Assembly (NCBI GenBank): GCA_964057225.1 | Contig: OZ059900.1 | Span: forward strand, 9,796,001-9,860,000 | Direction of reading: 5' to 3' | Origin: Auanema rhodensis | Taxonomy: Eukaryota > Animalia > Nematoda | Length of the DNA stretch: 64,000 bases | Shown here: piece after piece, positions 15,201-36,038 of the stretch | Numbering within the stretch: the first letter of the stretch is position 1 | How the letters are laid out: every line of letters begins with the position of its first letter | Notes under the pieces: model-generated | Database searches by the model: none | What the model was told of the DNA's origin: nothing | What the model saw: the letters and a program-made list of their open reading frames with translations, nothing else | Translations under genes and position numbers: made by a program

Positions 15201-18200
15201 CGAATTAAGATAATATTATTTTGAAATACAGGAATAATATTCTGTGAGAGTAACAACAGCTACTTTTCCTTGTTCGTCTCCTCACACACTTTTCACCAAA
15301 AAAAGAATTAATTATCCAGCAAATGTGAAGCAAATGTTCATTTTCTAATTTTCTACTTTATGTTTATGTCGTGTTGTGAGTATATATTGAGTGCATGTTA
15401 TTGATAACCAATTTTATTTGTTGTAAATATATAGTTTGAATTATAAGATATATATATATATATATAGTTAATCTTTAAATTCAAACTATATATATAAAAT
15501 AAAACATAAACTATAAATAACTAAATATTAGATTTATCATATAATATGTAGAATAATGAGTTTATTGGACTATAAAAAAATATAATATATATATACATAT
15601 ATACTAGTTTATGTTATAAATTCTAATCTATATTAGATAGTTTATGATTATTATTAAACATTTTATAATATTTTTACATATTTCAAAATATTATTATTGT
15701 TCATGAAAATTGCCAGCTGCATAGTTCTTTGTTGATAGAGTATCAATGTGACAGCTATTTGATTATATCATGTTTTTCGGCAATGATATCAATTCTGATA
15801 ACTTCCTCTTTATACTCGTATTTCTTTCTACTATTTATATACTATATGCATATATGTATCGAAAGATATTCTTATAAATATATTCACATAGTTAGCTCAG
15901 AGATAGCTCATGTATTGAGAAAAATATTGTTACTTTCCCATCTCCGTCCCTTTCCTTTGCTCACTGTCTATTTTTCCATTCATAAGCTTCGATGATCAAA
16001 GTAAAATTTCCATTGTAGCTGTTAACATCATTTTCATTATTCATAGACATCTTATATGTTTACAATTGACCAAATTCTACTATATAGTTAAGCATTTTTA
16101 GTTATTCAAACAAGTACTATACTATATAATTAAAATGAAAACTAAAATATCTATTTATATAATATTAAATCTAAATTTTTTATTATATTTGTATATATTT
16201 TAACTTGTATTATATAGTTATACATCTATTTTTTATATATTCTCTTTTATAATCTTCTAATATTGTATTATAAGTATCTTTTATTATTATTTTAAGATAT
16301 CAGAAAAAAACCAGAACTGTACTCATATCCTTATATTTCTTTTTTTTAATTTGGGCTAATATCTTAACATCTATGGCCCATGCTGTCTATTTTGTTGGCC
16401 AATGGAAACAGCCATCGAAAAGAGTGTTCAAGCAGTCCCAACGGATTTTATGTAAGTCGCCAATAGATATGATAGAATATACATATTGGAAGAAAGTGTG
16501 ATTCGGCTCCTAAGCTCTGTTGTTTGATACTCTTTGCTCCCTGAATGTCATATACACAAGACATTCATATCTTTTTCTCTCTATATATGTTTAACTATAA
16601 TATATAGTATATGTGTAAAACATATTCTGTCATACAACGTTTATGCTGCTCACTAAAGAACAAGGAAAACGAAACGAAATGGAGTAAAAGCAGAAGAAGC
16701 TTTTCTTCATTTTTTTTTCTTGGCTTATATGCTCAGCTATTTCTTAGGGTTCTTTCTTGTGTATGTTCTAGAAAATTATGCATTAGAGCTTTTAAAAGAG
16801 TTGCAAATACACATATACTTATACATATATAGGCATATACACAATAGATATATAAGCAATGCAATAGAGAGATATCCAGCAAAAGTTGCAAAGCATTGAA
16901 AAATTGAGTAAAAGTTATAAAAATTCTCTCAATAATCATCATTTCTTCGCAAATTGCATGTGAAAAAGTGGTCAAATTTAATTATTTTATACAATTATTA
17001 ATATAATTTAATTAATATCCTCTAATGATGATTGTTAGAATTTCAAATATCTTTTCCTGAGCATTGGTGAATAGTACATTTTCAATATTTTGCAGAAATT
17101 CTCTGATTTCTGTTTGGAAAGATCCCCTTGTTACTTTGATTTCTGCAATATTGTTCATGTTGTCTTTTTGAAACTTTTTTCGGAAAAATGTATGCTGCAT
17201 ATCCCGTGAGGACATTACTATCTGTTCTTAACGTGCAGTCAACCTTATTTGATGCGTTAGACATTTTGTGCAACTCTTCAGATTATGCAGCTCATTTCGG
17301 AAAACATGAAGTTAATGCTTGTCTGCGCAAGACAGACGTTTACATTATGCGTGAACGTTGATGCTAAGATGTAGCAAAGCTGCTTTACTGCACATGTCAA
17401 TTGAATGCAAAAGTCCATCAACCAAGTAGGCCGTACGGCTTTAAATATATGAAAACGAAGTTCATTCTGACGGATTAGAACAGGAAATGAGACCAAATTA
17501 CATCATCATTATCATCATCTTCATCATACTTGGCTGTCATGTGGTATTTACGAGCAATCGCATGCTCTCTCGTATATGCTGCTGTCTATAAGGCACTGTC
17601 TCATCCACTTCGTTATTGTTGACCATAAGCCATTATTGCATTCATTTGAATACAGATGTGCGATGGATAATAAGCTTAAGAATTTGAAGATACAATCAAT
17701 GAAAATCGTAGAATAAGAGAAATATTCAATCTCAGCATTACTTTTCTTGAAAATTTGTAATGTAAGTATCGTAATTTGAGCCTTTTTCAATTTTTTTTCA
17801 TACCAAAGTAGAAAGCTGAAGACGGTGAACATTTTTTTTCAAGAAATTTAATGCATTCAAGGAATGGACAACAGAGTGAACAGACGAATAAATATTTCAT
17901 TTTGTTGGAAGAAAAAATGGAGAAGCCTAACGTTTCGCGTTCTTCAAGCTTTGAACAAACGTCATGAAAAGCTCTTTTCAAGGATTTATCTCTAATAACT
18001 AGGAGACGAAGAAGTTATGCAGATGGAATATTCAAGGTGACCTAAGCAACTAATCTGCCTATTGGTCGCGAAAATGAAAAATTACTTCTTTTTCAATATT
18101 TCAAAATGATCTTTCAAAAGAGGATCTAAAGAAAAAAATAATAATTTAGCTAACCATGAGAGAAAAAAACTGATAAACTGCTAACTTAGACAATACAAAT

Positions 18201-21200
18201 GCTCTGCTTTCATTGAAAAACTGATCAAAGCACCTACTTCAAAAGATGAAAGCTATGAAAGAGCAGAGTTGAGTTAATTGAAAGTTCATGCGCACCCTCT
18301 GATTTCTGCACTCCCTTTGTTTGCCTTAAACAAGCTTTTTTCTTTTTATTCTTCTTAGATTTATCAAATGAAACATTAAATCTAACCTCGTGGGGGTTTT
18401 ATTCAATTGCAGAATATAAGCTTCACTTTTAGCACACGCAGAACGATTAAGCTCTCTTCCGAATAGCATTAACTACTTGAAATCTACAGATCAAATTTCC
18501 ATCTAACAGTCATTTGAAACATTTATTCAATTGTTCTTGGGCACAGATTACACAATCTTATTTCACGTCAACAAACTGAGTTCAACATCAATGAATGAAT
18601 TCAATTCACAAAAAGGGAAGTAAACTATGTTGTGTAGAGTTTTGAATAATTGACATTTGACTGTAATGATCTCATTTCATTGCTCAACACAGTATGATTT
18701 CTATTTTTTTAATTCAAGTTAAAGATGACTGAACCGTTTCAAATAATGCGTTTTTTCTCAAGTGAAATTTCGCAATTTTCCAATCGAATAGACTAATGCC
18801 TGGTTCACAATTGCATTTTGAACACATTGCGAGCTCTGACCCCGTTTAGTGACCTATGAACTAGTGAAGAGAATGAGTAAGGTCCAGGCAGAGTGTATGA
18901 GAGAGCTAGATTGTTAGAAAGCAAGTTGCAATTGAATCTGTGACCAATAGAGCTACATCATCTTAACCCGTGTGACAGAGAAATGGTCCCATGGCGAGTA
19001 TGATTTCGACGAGCAAGTGTCCCTTTTGCTGTCTCATCCTCTTCTCTTGTCTTGCTCAAATTGGTCATCACACACTTGTTCGACGATATCTAAGCAGAGG
19101 GAAACTAAAGAACATCGTATATGGTCCTATATCTCATTCTGTCTGTATGATGAAAATATGAAGAGAGAGGATGAACGAAGAAGATCTTAACTTGTAGGAA
19201 AGATATGAAGAATGCAGAGTTGGAGAACATCTCCTTATCGCTTTCTCCTATTTCATTTTGGTCATTGTTATGGCTCATGGGGGTTAGAAACAACAATCTC
19301 TACAGAGAGCAATCTTTCAGTTATAATGCATGAATACTGCTTATGAATGATGGGCAACAACAAAGAATTTCCAATGAAAGTTCAGAATAAATGTCTTCCA
19401 TGCTGCAGATCTTAAGTTTTGCTCAAGTTCTAAGATCAGATATTGGAGAAGTGAAGATAAATATTCTGAATACTTGTTGTATATTTGCTATACAAGCTGG
19501 TTGTCTCTGCTCATTATGGCAGCTACAAGCAAGGAATGAAGCTTGAAAAGTAATTAAAAGTTTTTAACTGAATACGCATAGGTTTTTCAAAAAAAAAAAT
19601 CTCTTAGCGTCTTAAAGCTTGCCATATCAGCATATTCGGACCTAGATGTGTGTAATAATGAATAATACCTTTCATATCGAGTTTAGGTATTCTTTTCTTC
19701 TTTTTTCTCCCCTCTGCATTTATTTATTCAATTTTCTTTTACATATTTCGGGAAGTCAACAAATATTATTTGATGAAAGTCGAGAGAACAATGATTTATC
19801 TGACATGTTGCATTTAGAAGATATTTTTATATACAAGAATATGATAAAATTTGAAATATACATACAAACTTACAACAAAATATTATTATTTTTTGCATTT
19901 TGTTGAACCTTATACCAATATTTCATATACATGTACATAACCATGCGTTTTTGTTTTTTTTTCTAAAATTTCTTTCGTGAAAAATGCTCAAAAATCTATG
20001 ATAAATGACTCATATAACATAGGTTTCAAATTATAAAAATTTATACTAACTTTAACTTGAAACTTGAATATATTTATATATTTTTTTGATTTTGTATAAA
20101 ACATTTCACAAGAAATATATCATTTGTTCATTCAAGTCATTAGGGAACAAATGGTGTGAGCTGCTAAATGGTTGTCTTGGCAATACACGAAATAATGAGC
20201 ATGATGTGCTAAAATAAATATCTGACCGATTCAAACAAAGGTGACAGGTTTAGAGGAATACTCAAACAATTTCATCTTTTTTTTTGATTTTTTATGAATT
20301 TCGAGGCGAAAATAATTTAAATTTTGCCTTTTCGTCATGCGAAGTCGGAAGTAAAAACACGTTCTAGCATGATAAATGCTTTCTATAAATGGCATTAATA
20401 TAGGTTTATGGTGTTATACATGGTTATATTAGCTTTTTGACAGCATGTTCACTAGCCGTAGTATACTTTGAGAAAAAAAGTTTAAAACAAAGAAGCAGCT
20501 AGGCTGTACTTTTATAATTATATTTATAAATAATGAATATTGTTGTTATAATATTCATTAAATGTTATTATTTCAACTAAATGTTATCATTTTTGACAAG
20601 AGTGAATAGAAGAATGAATGAATCAATTGGCAAGTTTCCAAGCATTAAATGTCATAATGAGAAAGAGAGAAAAAGAGAGGGAGAGAGAGCAAAAGAGAAT
20701 TAGAAACTAGTGAAGTGTTAGAACTCAGAAACCGAAAGAACAAACGAATAGACTGGTAAAAAGATGAAAATATTCAATTTAATTAATAAAAATTTTGAAA
20801 TAGTCGCACAGGTTCATGCTTGACTGCATCGCTCATCCATCTTAATACTTCATATGTATTCATTAGGGCCTAAACGTATTACACTTCTTATATGTCAATT
20901 TTTGGCGTTAAATCGTTAAGACAGAAAGACATTTAATGAAACTATCGGCGGAAGCAGAATATGCTATCTATATTCTTTGAATAAAAACTACTTTTCTGCT
21001 CAAAATACCGCCACAGTTATTTTAATTTAGTAGCAAGTCTTCTGAAACAATCAGTTATTAAACGGAGAGCAGTTGCATTACAGCAGATTCTATTTCCTCA
21101 CGTACGTTCACAACTAATAGACGTTAGTGAATTAAAAAATTATTTACAACCAGGAAGAATAAAAAAATAAACAAAAAGTGAAAAACTCAATAAAAATGCT

Positions 21201-22743
21201 CAAAAGGCAGATATGATAGATGAGATAATCGTTGACAGCGCCAGCTTTTTAATCTTTTCAAACCATCTTCATATCTTGTTTTCTCTCTCTACCTCCCTCA
21301 ACCTTTTTCTGGATTTGAATATTAGCCGTCTGATAAATAATCGTTTGTTATATCTTTCAATCTTCCATAAGCTATTCGTATACAATGTTATGCTAATTGA
21401 AGTAAAAGCTAAGTATTTGATCTCTCCTTTTTATATTTCATATAGTTATATTGCCATTTTTCTATTCTCCTCTTTCCCCTCTCTCTCTCTCTTTCTCTCT
21501 CTCTCTATTTTCTTGAGTAGAATACTTTCAAGATGTGCTGAAGTAACAATGAGAGAAAGAGAGAATGTACTTGGCTCTTAAGTCAGCTGCAACTACTAGT
21601 TTGGCCAAAAATTCCCAATGACCACCTTGCCATTAATGCATATTGCATAACCTATACCTAGTTTATTCTACGCTCAATCCTGAATATTTGTTCTACTACG
21701 CTTTATACATTACTAATTCAGAAAGAGCAGTTGCAAAATCTTGATAAACAACATGACGATATAGAAGGGTATGACTTTATTTGAATTATCTCAAAGATTC
21801 TGCTGTTCGCGTGATGCAGAAACACAAACCTATAGTTTATAACGCATTGTTGTTATTAGATTCACACCTGATTGCTATGAAATCAATCAAATTTCATTGA
21901 AAAAACTAAAAAAATGTTTATATATTACAGAATCTGTCACTAGACATGCGTGTGAGCATGCGCGGATGGACATAAGTATACATGTAAGCTCATAAGCTTG
22001 TCACTCGTCAATTGCGATAATGCTCGATATCTCATATTATTTTAAAATTTTGAATCGCTTTTTCGGTGTTTCTCCAGAATTTCTTTTTTGGTATACATCT
22101 CAACTACTCTGAGTTGAACCTTTTTGAAGTAAAAATATGAAAAATACAATGAAGAGCGATCAAGAGCAATGAATATGAGGAAAAATGGAAGTTGGTGAGA
22201 AGGAAATGTCAAAGAAGTGAAAACGTGCTTTGCCAATGACTCTGCTTCTCCCTTGCCTTTCAATTTATTCCTCTCGTGCTCTCTCCTCATCTCCCTCTCT
22301 GCTCTTTCTGCCCTCCTCTTCATCACATTTGGTTCTTTCGTTCTCCTCTAACCCAGATCGGGCTACCCCCCCCCTTTTCCCCTTCTTTGCCTCCTTAACG
22401 TCCGCCCCCAACCAGGACGTGCCCGCCAGCTTCCACTTCACCGAGACTCGTTGTAGTACGTTGTGAACGTTTATCCCTAGCATTAAATCTGATATCACTT
22501 GTCAGTAAATTCAAAATATCTATTGAATCTATATTATTATTTCAATCAAAGCTAAGTATATCTCTTCCTTCAAGCTATTTTTATTGGCTTGAAGCAAGAA
22601 GTGCATCGTCAGCATAATCCTAATATATCGCAACATTCTCGATTCGGAAACGAGCTTTGCTAATTTGGTCTGACTTCACATCCTTAGCGAAGGTGTTGGA
22701 GATTTCATACCTGCTGATTAAAAGCATCTTCATTTTGTTTCAG

Positions 22744-23589
22744 CTATAGCTTCTACTTTGATTTCCTTTGAGTCACATCAGCTGATCTTCTGATTTCTCT
22801 TCCGATTACGTCTTTGTTTCGATTCTTTATATAAATCAGTCTCATCTGATCGTCTCTATCGGAGTTAAAGACAACATCTTCGTGACAACCACGTGTTTCT
22901 CAGATTGTACAACGTTTGTTGCCAATCAAGACATATCATCCAGTCGTCAATAAGTCTACGTAAATTGAATTAACGAAATGTATGCATACAGCCGTATGTT
23001 TCGCAACTGATTCATCACATATTCGCAAGATTTCGTCCAATTTCGTCTTCATAAGTCAGAGCGCCAAGCGTCTTCACATACTCAACTGCATTTCTATCAG
23101 AAACATTGCCACTTGCACATTATTATCAACATTGAAAAAGCCGTAGCGCAGCTGCAGCTGTAGCATATTCACTTCTTTATATACGTCTTATTGCTAACTA
23201 ATTATATTATATAATAATATAATCAACGTGTCTCTGCTTATTCAATTATTGTGGACTCGAAATGCCCTGAAGGCATTTATATAGATATTCTGATATTAAG
23301 AGAAGATACACATATATAGCATATACGCATAACGCATAAACTATATCTATATATCTCACTACTTTACCAACTTTTGTATTATCATATTCTTATAACTAAC
23401 TATATACTATTCATATATATATATATATACTTTTCGATTATTTTTTCGAAAAACTCTTCTTATATTCATTTCTGAATTGAAACAAAAAACTGTCCGGCTG
23501 TCGTGATATAATCATGATATCCGGTCCGGTCATATGAGATGCACGGCAATGCTGCTCGCGGAGTTGCCATTAGACTCGGAAAGGCCAAG
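22744..23589 (+). other. Candidate non-coding 5' UTR exon of unc-7
   Basis: It is bounded by a TTTGTTTCAG acceptor (ends 22743) and an AAG|GTAAAT donor (23590), and lies downstream of a CT-rich promoter-like tract at 22270-22440. It has no long ORF. This is inference only. Confidence 0.3.
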
Positions 23590-26500
23590 GTAAATCTTTT
23601 CAAATCTTTACTGCTTGTACTGTTGAAGGACTACGTGTTGAGAGTAAAGCTTGTTTTTATTAATTCTAGAAGAAAAGTCCCTTCAAAAGCTAAATTTTAA
23701 GTGTTTCTAATGAAAGAGCGATATTGATAAACCTAATATTTCGCCTCCCCCCCCCCACCCTCGTGGCAATTATTCTTTTTTTTCCAAAATTAATATGAGA
23801 ATTACGGAAGTAATTGGCTTTTTTTCATATATAAATTAACAGATAAGCGCATAATCAAATAATTCTTGTTTTTTACCAGTGAGATTAAAACTGAATATGC
23901 CAATGTATTATTGTCAAATAAAGTGATATCCATATAAACGTATAGTTTTAATATTATTGGCTATTGTCTTAAAAACTAGAAAATTTTGAATTATTGTTGT
24001 TACATTTTCATTCACAATTGTCTCAAATGTTACTACAACAGTTTCCGTCCTTACCACGTAATTCCTCTTCCAAAATATTATAAACTTTGGAAACATTTTG
24101 TATTTGTTTTAAGAAGTATTTCTGTATTGTTTCATATATTTTGAGTTTTTGTTTTGTTTTTAAAACCTTTTATTGTTTTTTCTCCCCCCCCCCTCCCCAA
24201 AACAATCTGCTCAAAAGACACATATATATACACACATATACACGTACAAATTCCAAAAAAAAAAGACGCAAAGGAATTTTTTTTTTGATTCCCTGCCACT
24301 TGTTGCTATATGAATCAGAGATTGAAGTCTTACTTCATTTAATCCTCTTATTTGCATACAGCTCAAAGCTATAGACCGATTGACGTTAAGCTATAGACTA
24401 TTATAGCTGATGGTCTATATGATCAGGAAGAAGAAGAAGAAGAAAAAAAGAAAAAGTTAAAGTTAAGACAACAAAGTGAAAGAAAAACGTAGTAATTTAA
24501 AAGTATTTCTCTTTTTTTTTGAAAAACTTTACTTATTATGCATTAAAATATTTAAATTTTATACAAGTTTTCCATTCAATTAGCATGAAACTGGTAGTGA
24601 TGATAGCAATATAAATTTTTATTCTATACAAATTAAATAAGAACATTACAAGTGCAAGAATATATATATATATAACTATATCTATATACTTGACAATGAT
24701 TTTTTACTTACTTGAATGCCATTCCGTTAAAGCATCAAAATGATTTTCTACCACTTTTTCTGCAAAGAATTGGCTTGTATAGTCAAGTTGCTTATTATGT
24801 ATAAAACTTTAACTACTTCATCCTAGCCTTCTTCTAAAGTTGTTGAATAGATGAACCTGTTATTGTAATTATACAGCATTTTCATCAAACTTCACATTTT
24901 TTTCCCATTAGTCTGTACTATATAATATTGAAATTTGAGCAGAATATTTCATTTATTTTTCTCCAAGATATCAATCTGTTAATCAAATTTCACTAACACA
25001 TTTATCTGAAAAATTAATAATTTTCATATTTAAAAAAATAATGGAAAGCTCGCATATTATAGAATATATAGGCGTGAACATATAGTTATATATATATATA
25101 TATAGTTGTACATATATATATAACTTTATATATGTTTTCTATTCTGAATTGACCAAACAAAAAATATTGAAAACAATATCTTCTGTTTGGCATATTAACA
25201 AAAGATTTAAGTATAGGCTATGTATTGTAATCAGAAGTTTTTGGAAAGAACAAAAAATGAGAACAAGAAAATGAATTTAACGTCAATTTATTTATATAGT
25301 TATACAGCATTTTTTGCCTACTCAGTTATGCCTTGCTTGAAAAACTTTTTTTTTCTCCGTTTTTTTGATATATTTGACTACGTTTTCATCGTCATTTCAT
25401 TACATATAATGTTTAATCAAAACACTGGATTATCTATTTAGATTTAGTCTCAGTTAATTTATAATTTAATCTTCGATTTATGATTCTTATGGAAACAAAA
25501 CTGATTTATCAATGCTCAAGGTATTTCCTTGTTTCTTATTATGTTATGTAAAGAAGAGATAAGTAGTATGTTGAAATAATATAACTTTGAAGAAAACTTT
25601 GTTGAAAAAATCTTTTTTTAATACATAAGCTATTAGTTGAAAACTATAATGTGTATAACCTTATGCTATATATATATATATATTTCTTTGTCTAATATAA
25701 GTACAAATACTTCAACATAATTCATAGCTTTATTAAAACTTTATGTAGCCCACTAAGTGAGAGAAATGTAGCAGAAAAAAGGTTTTGTCGTCAACTTTGT
25801 GACCTTACTATTGAGCGAAAAAAGTTAATTTTTGGACTTTATCTTATATGTTACAACGCACTTTGGTCAACAAGACATAGATATTAAGTGAAAAGTATCA
25901 ATGTTCTAAATGACTGACTGAAACAAGTATTGAATAGCCTTCTTTCTGTCAACAAATATATGTATCGATGGAATAACTTTAACAAGCTTCAAAGGTACAT
26001 GGAATAAATGCTTAGCTGCATTTTCTCTGTCTTTCTTTATGAAAAACGCATGTTTCAACGGACATATTGATGTTCCAACAATTGACAGATTGACCGACAT
26101 CTCGTCTTTAGCGCCAATGCTGTCTGAATTCATTTGGCTGGCTTATTAAGTGGGAAACTAATATACTTTTGTGTTTTATTAATTTAGTCAAGTTATAACC
26201 TCTTAGTTTATAAGCAGCAATTCAATAATATTGATTTTTTCGTTTTGGGATCAAACAATAAACGCTGAGTCCACACATCAAAAGTGGCTAGCTGAATATT
26301 CAGTACAGAAACTAAGAATAGCATTTTGATGTCATGGAAAACGAAAGCTCATGTTGATGAGCTCTATGAAATCACCGAATATTCTCTTCTAAATCGAATA
26401 TCATTAGCGCCTTGCGAAGTCGTCATCGGTAACCTCATTATCGTGAAACGTTCAGCTTTTCCTGATAAATGACATGAAAGTGACCAATCGTTAGTTGCGC

Positions 26501-28758
26501 TCAAACAAAAGAAGAATTGAAGCAGAGAGAGGGGCAGGCCAAGTTGTTGATCGCTATAGAACGTTAAATGAAAACAAACAAGTCTTCTTCTTCCTTTTTT
26601 TGCTTAAAATTTTGGCTCAGACCATCTAATTATTTATTTCTTAAATGACCCATTTACTCCATTTCTTGTCGGCACTGAATAAATTTGCTAAGAAAAAGCA
26701 AAGCATTTCGAACTCTGAACTGACTGATACAACTAGAAGTTTACGAAAATAAGAGTGACTTTCTCAAAATAAAACTTTTGTGAGGCTTAACCCGTTTAAA
26801 AACAATAAGATTGCTAAAAGAAACGGCAGCTCAATTTTGGTCAAGCCTTTCATGTAAGTTGCAAATTTCATAGTATATTCAGTAATATTTTGTTGTTATA
26901 TTTATACATCTTCGTGCGACTTTTGTTTGAAAAATGTAATTATTCAAGTAGAAAAATGAATAAAACAAGTAAAAATTTGTGATAATTTGTTTTTGGGGCA
27001 TTTTTTTCAAAGAAATAATGATATTTCATTCTGATGACTAAGAAAAAGATCATATATTCAATGAATTGATTACAAATTTAGTTATTATTTTAGTCTTATA
27101 CATGCATACATATCTTTTCCTTTCTCTGCAAAAAATACTTTTTTCTTTTTCTACATCAAACTCCTTTTTTTTCGATGATAAGAGGTTAACCTATGATTAT
27201 TTGCTATTTTTGTTTTTTTATTTTTTTGCTCTAACAATTTTCGAAAATATACGTTCATGAGCATTTTCGTATTGGCATTTATAAAATTCCACAAGACGCT
27301 GTTATTATTGTTTTCTTTACTTTAGTATTGTTTTCTCTAAGAATTTAACCTTTTTTTCATCCACTACTAGCTAACCGAAGCTTAAAAAACGAGAAAAAAA
27401 ACAGAAAAAATTTGAAGAAAAAAAAAGATTTAAAAGGGGAAATATCCATATGATTGTGACATAGAGAAAACGAGAGTAGAAGAGAAAAAAAGAGAGAGAG
27501 AGAGAGCTTAAACCTTGCAGCTCCAAATAGATTTGGCTGATATGCACAACAGGGGTCTAGTCTCTTTACTCTTTTTAAGTAATTATTTCTACTACTTACA
27601 CATCAAATACAAAGAAAATCTAGGCGAATATGGGAAAAAAAGCCTGAATTTGAAATATTTGAATGTTAAGTAACAAATAAATTATTACGGCACCCTCTAA
27701 TTCGGGAAAAAGAAAGAAACGAAGCAAATAATAATAAATAAAGTTCGTGAACGTCTGTCAATTAATAGAATTATCAGATGGTTTTGACATATTTTTCGAA
27801 TTTTTTTTTGTCAAATTTCAACTTTTTCTTTTGTTTTCTTTCTCTTTTCATGTTGTTTTGGAAAAGAGCGGAATGAGTGAAGATCTAAGTTAATCTATCT
27901 AACTATAAGCATCACTACACCTTTCATAGTATCCGTGACAACATTAAGATCAACTTCGGCTTTGATAAATATATGTTTTTCATTCGAATAAACATGCAAA
28001 TTCATGCTAAACGCTAATTATATTTTTCGATGCCATAGCCGAAACATGCACGTCAACTGTTCAAAGTATTGTCTGCTCATTCTATGTTAATATGAGTTAG
28101 AAAAAGAAAACAAAAAATAATAAATAAATATATTTTCTTTGATTATATTTCTTCTTTTTCTGCTTTCTTCATATTTTATCAGTATTGACGTTGCTATATA
28201 ATATTTACTAATTTTTCAACAATTTTGGTATGTTTCTCTTCATTTCGTTTGGAAATATTCCCATTTTATATATGAAATATACAATTAACATCATTTTTCT
28301 TTCAAACTCTGTTATAATTCCAATTTTCAAAAAAAATGCCGAAGAGCTAATCAAATTATTTATAGTTTTGTAAATATTCTTTCTGAACTTGAACATTTAA
28401 ATGATTGGACTTTATGAGATTTATCTATATTCAACATAGTTACGACAGTTCATATATGTACAATAGGGATAAGCACGTTTTTCTGTTTCAGCTCCTATGT
28501 TTTATGTGAAATATTTTGTGTTTTGTGTTTGCCATTTTACCTTATTTAAGTGTAGTTTGATGTATCTATATACCTTACCCTATCATTCATATCAAACCCC
28601 TATGTGTTGTGAAAAAACATGCGCCAAATACATACATACGTTAGAAATCGGCTTCAAAATCATCATTGTTTTGTCCAAAAAAAAAACAAAATACGAAAGA
28701 TTTCTTTTTTTTTGCATCAAAACCAATCCATGAACAAACGTATTGTCTAGATGAATGT

Positions 28759-34293
<5,535 letters not shown>

Positions 34294-36003
34294 TAGCTAT
34301 TTCTCCATAGAACTAAGCTATACATCCGAGCTTTCTTAAGCTATTCTTGTTTGTTTTCAATCTTATTAACTGTTTTCATTATTTTTTATTGTAATTTTTC
34401 TATATCTTCATTTTGATTTCAACACAACACCTCTTGTTTTCATTTTAATAATTCTGAATTCTATGATAATCTGCTTATTCTTTTGCGCCCTTCTGATATA
34501 TAATATAGCCATGGCTTTTGCCCTACACAAACTTCTACTCCAACGTATGTACTAGTCCGAAAAAAAACAGAAAAAGATTTCTCTCTGTCATACACGTTAA
34601 ATCCTAATATCCAAAATTCTTTCGAAATCTATTCAAGTAATGATCTCATACGCTAAATCAAAGATATTAATTTCTGAGTCTAGTCACGACGTCATCACTA
34701 ATCTCGGTTATTCTTACTTTTATATCGCATGATATATATTATAGTTTACAATTTTTTCATTTTTTTTTATTCAAAAATATTCAAAATCGAAAATCTTTTG
34801 TTATGAGCTTATAGTCTGATTGAATATAATTTATTGGTATAACTAACTTATACATTCATTTTGTTAATGAAAGAAAAATATATTTCATCCGAGCTTAAAT
34901 CAAAAGATATCTCAGCTATATAAATTAACGTCTATATAATTATATCTAATAATTAGAGACAAATTTAGGACATGCATCCAATTTCATTCAATCAAATTTT
35001 GCTTGTAAATGTTACCAACACAAAATACAATATTTCTTATCGATCTCAAACAATTAAAACTATAGTTCAGATGACATAAAGCTCAGATTTTTATATTTTT
35101 TTAATTTCAATTTTTAATCAAATCTTTTTGCATGTTTCCTATTTGTTTCAAACAAACCGGTACAATCCAATCAGATTGCATAGTCCGTAGTCATATAGTT
35201 GAAACCTGTTTTCCTTAATTATCATATAATAATTCAAGACAATTTATTGTTTTCAAAATCCAACTGATGACAATTATTGAGATTTAACGTGAAGTACACT
35301 GCCTCAATTTACCATCATACAATCCTATTATACTTTATTCCCTATGCTTCTTTTTTCATTACTTGTTCTCATGCTTTATCACCCATCTGACTGTCGCCAT
35401 TCAATTTGAATTCAGTCTCAACTTCTACACTCATATATGTTGGCTTTAACGTTACCTACCTATGTTTTTCAACATTTTCTTTTTGAAATGTTATAATTTT
35501 CAAAATTATAATATTACTCTGCTTGTTCCTTGACTCAATTTTTCTCAATTATCAAGATTAGATATGTATTGTTCCAGACATTCTTTCCATCTTTGAAAAT
35601 TTAGTTAATTGTTTTCTCGAAAGCTTGCCAAGAATTATAAATAGCATTTATGATATTGTATTCCATATATAATTCGTCTGCTTCATTCAATAGGATACAG
35701 CCATCAAGCCATTTTCAGCACATTTTTCATGTTTTCTTATTATTTTTTTTTATAATTATTATGCATTATCTTAATTTTAATATTATTATAAATTTATTAT
35801 AATTTTTTCTATACTTTTCTACAATAATCCATTCGATAATTATCAGTTCTAATGAACTTGCTTTTATTTCGAAGAGGATATGTAATAACCATTGCTGAAC
35901 AAACAACACGGATATATGAATAATGTTGTTTACGTTATGAATTTCATAACGTTGCCAATCTCGAATATTCAATCTTACACGGATTTCAAATGAAATTTAC
36001 TAA

Positions 36004-36038
36004 TCAGAAGAATGACACATGTTCTAACTACTAAAAAG
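36004..36038 (+). pseudogene. Diverged remnant of the 3' coding end of the 39732-40400 gene
   Basis: TCAGAAGAATGACACATGTTCTAACTAC matches the reverse complement of 39821-39848 at 23 of 28 nt (peptide IRRMTHVLTTKK vs LRRMKEALTTRR). It abuts the left arm of the inverted repeat. Confidence 0.5.

Noticed and set aside
627-28400. Numerous 60-130 aa ORFs rich in F/L/S/I
   Set aside because: They are expected by chance in AT-rich and (CT)n sequence, and show no splice-consistent chains or homology.
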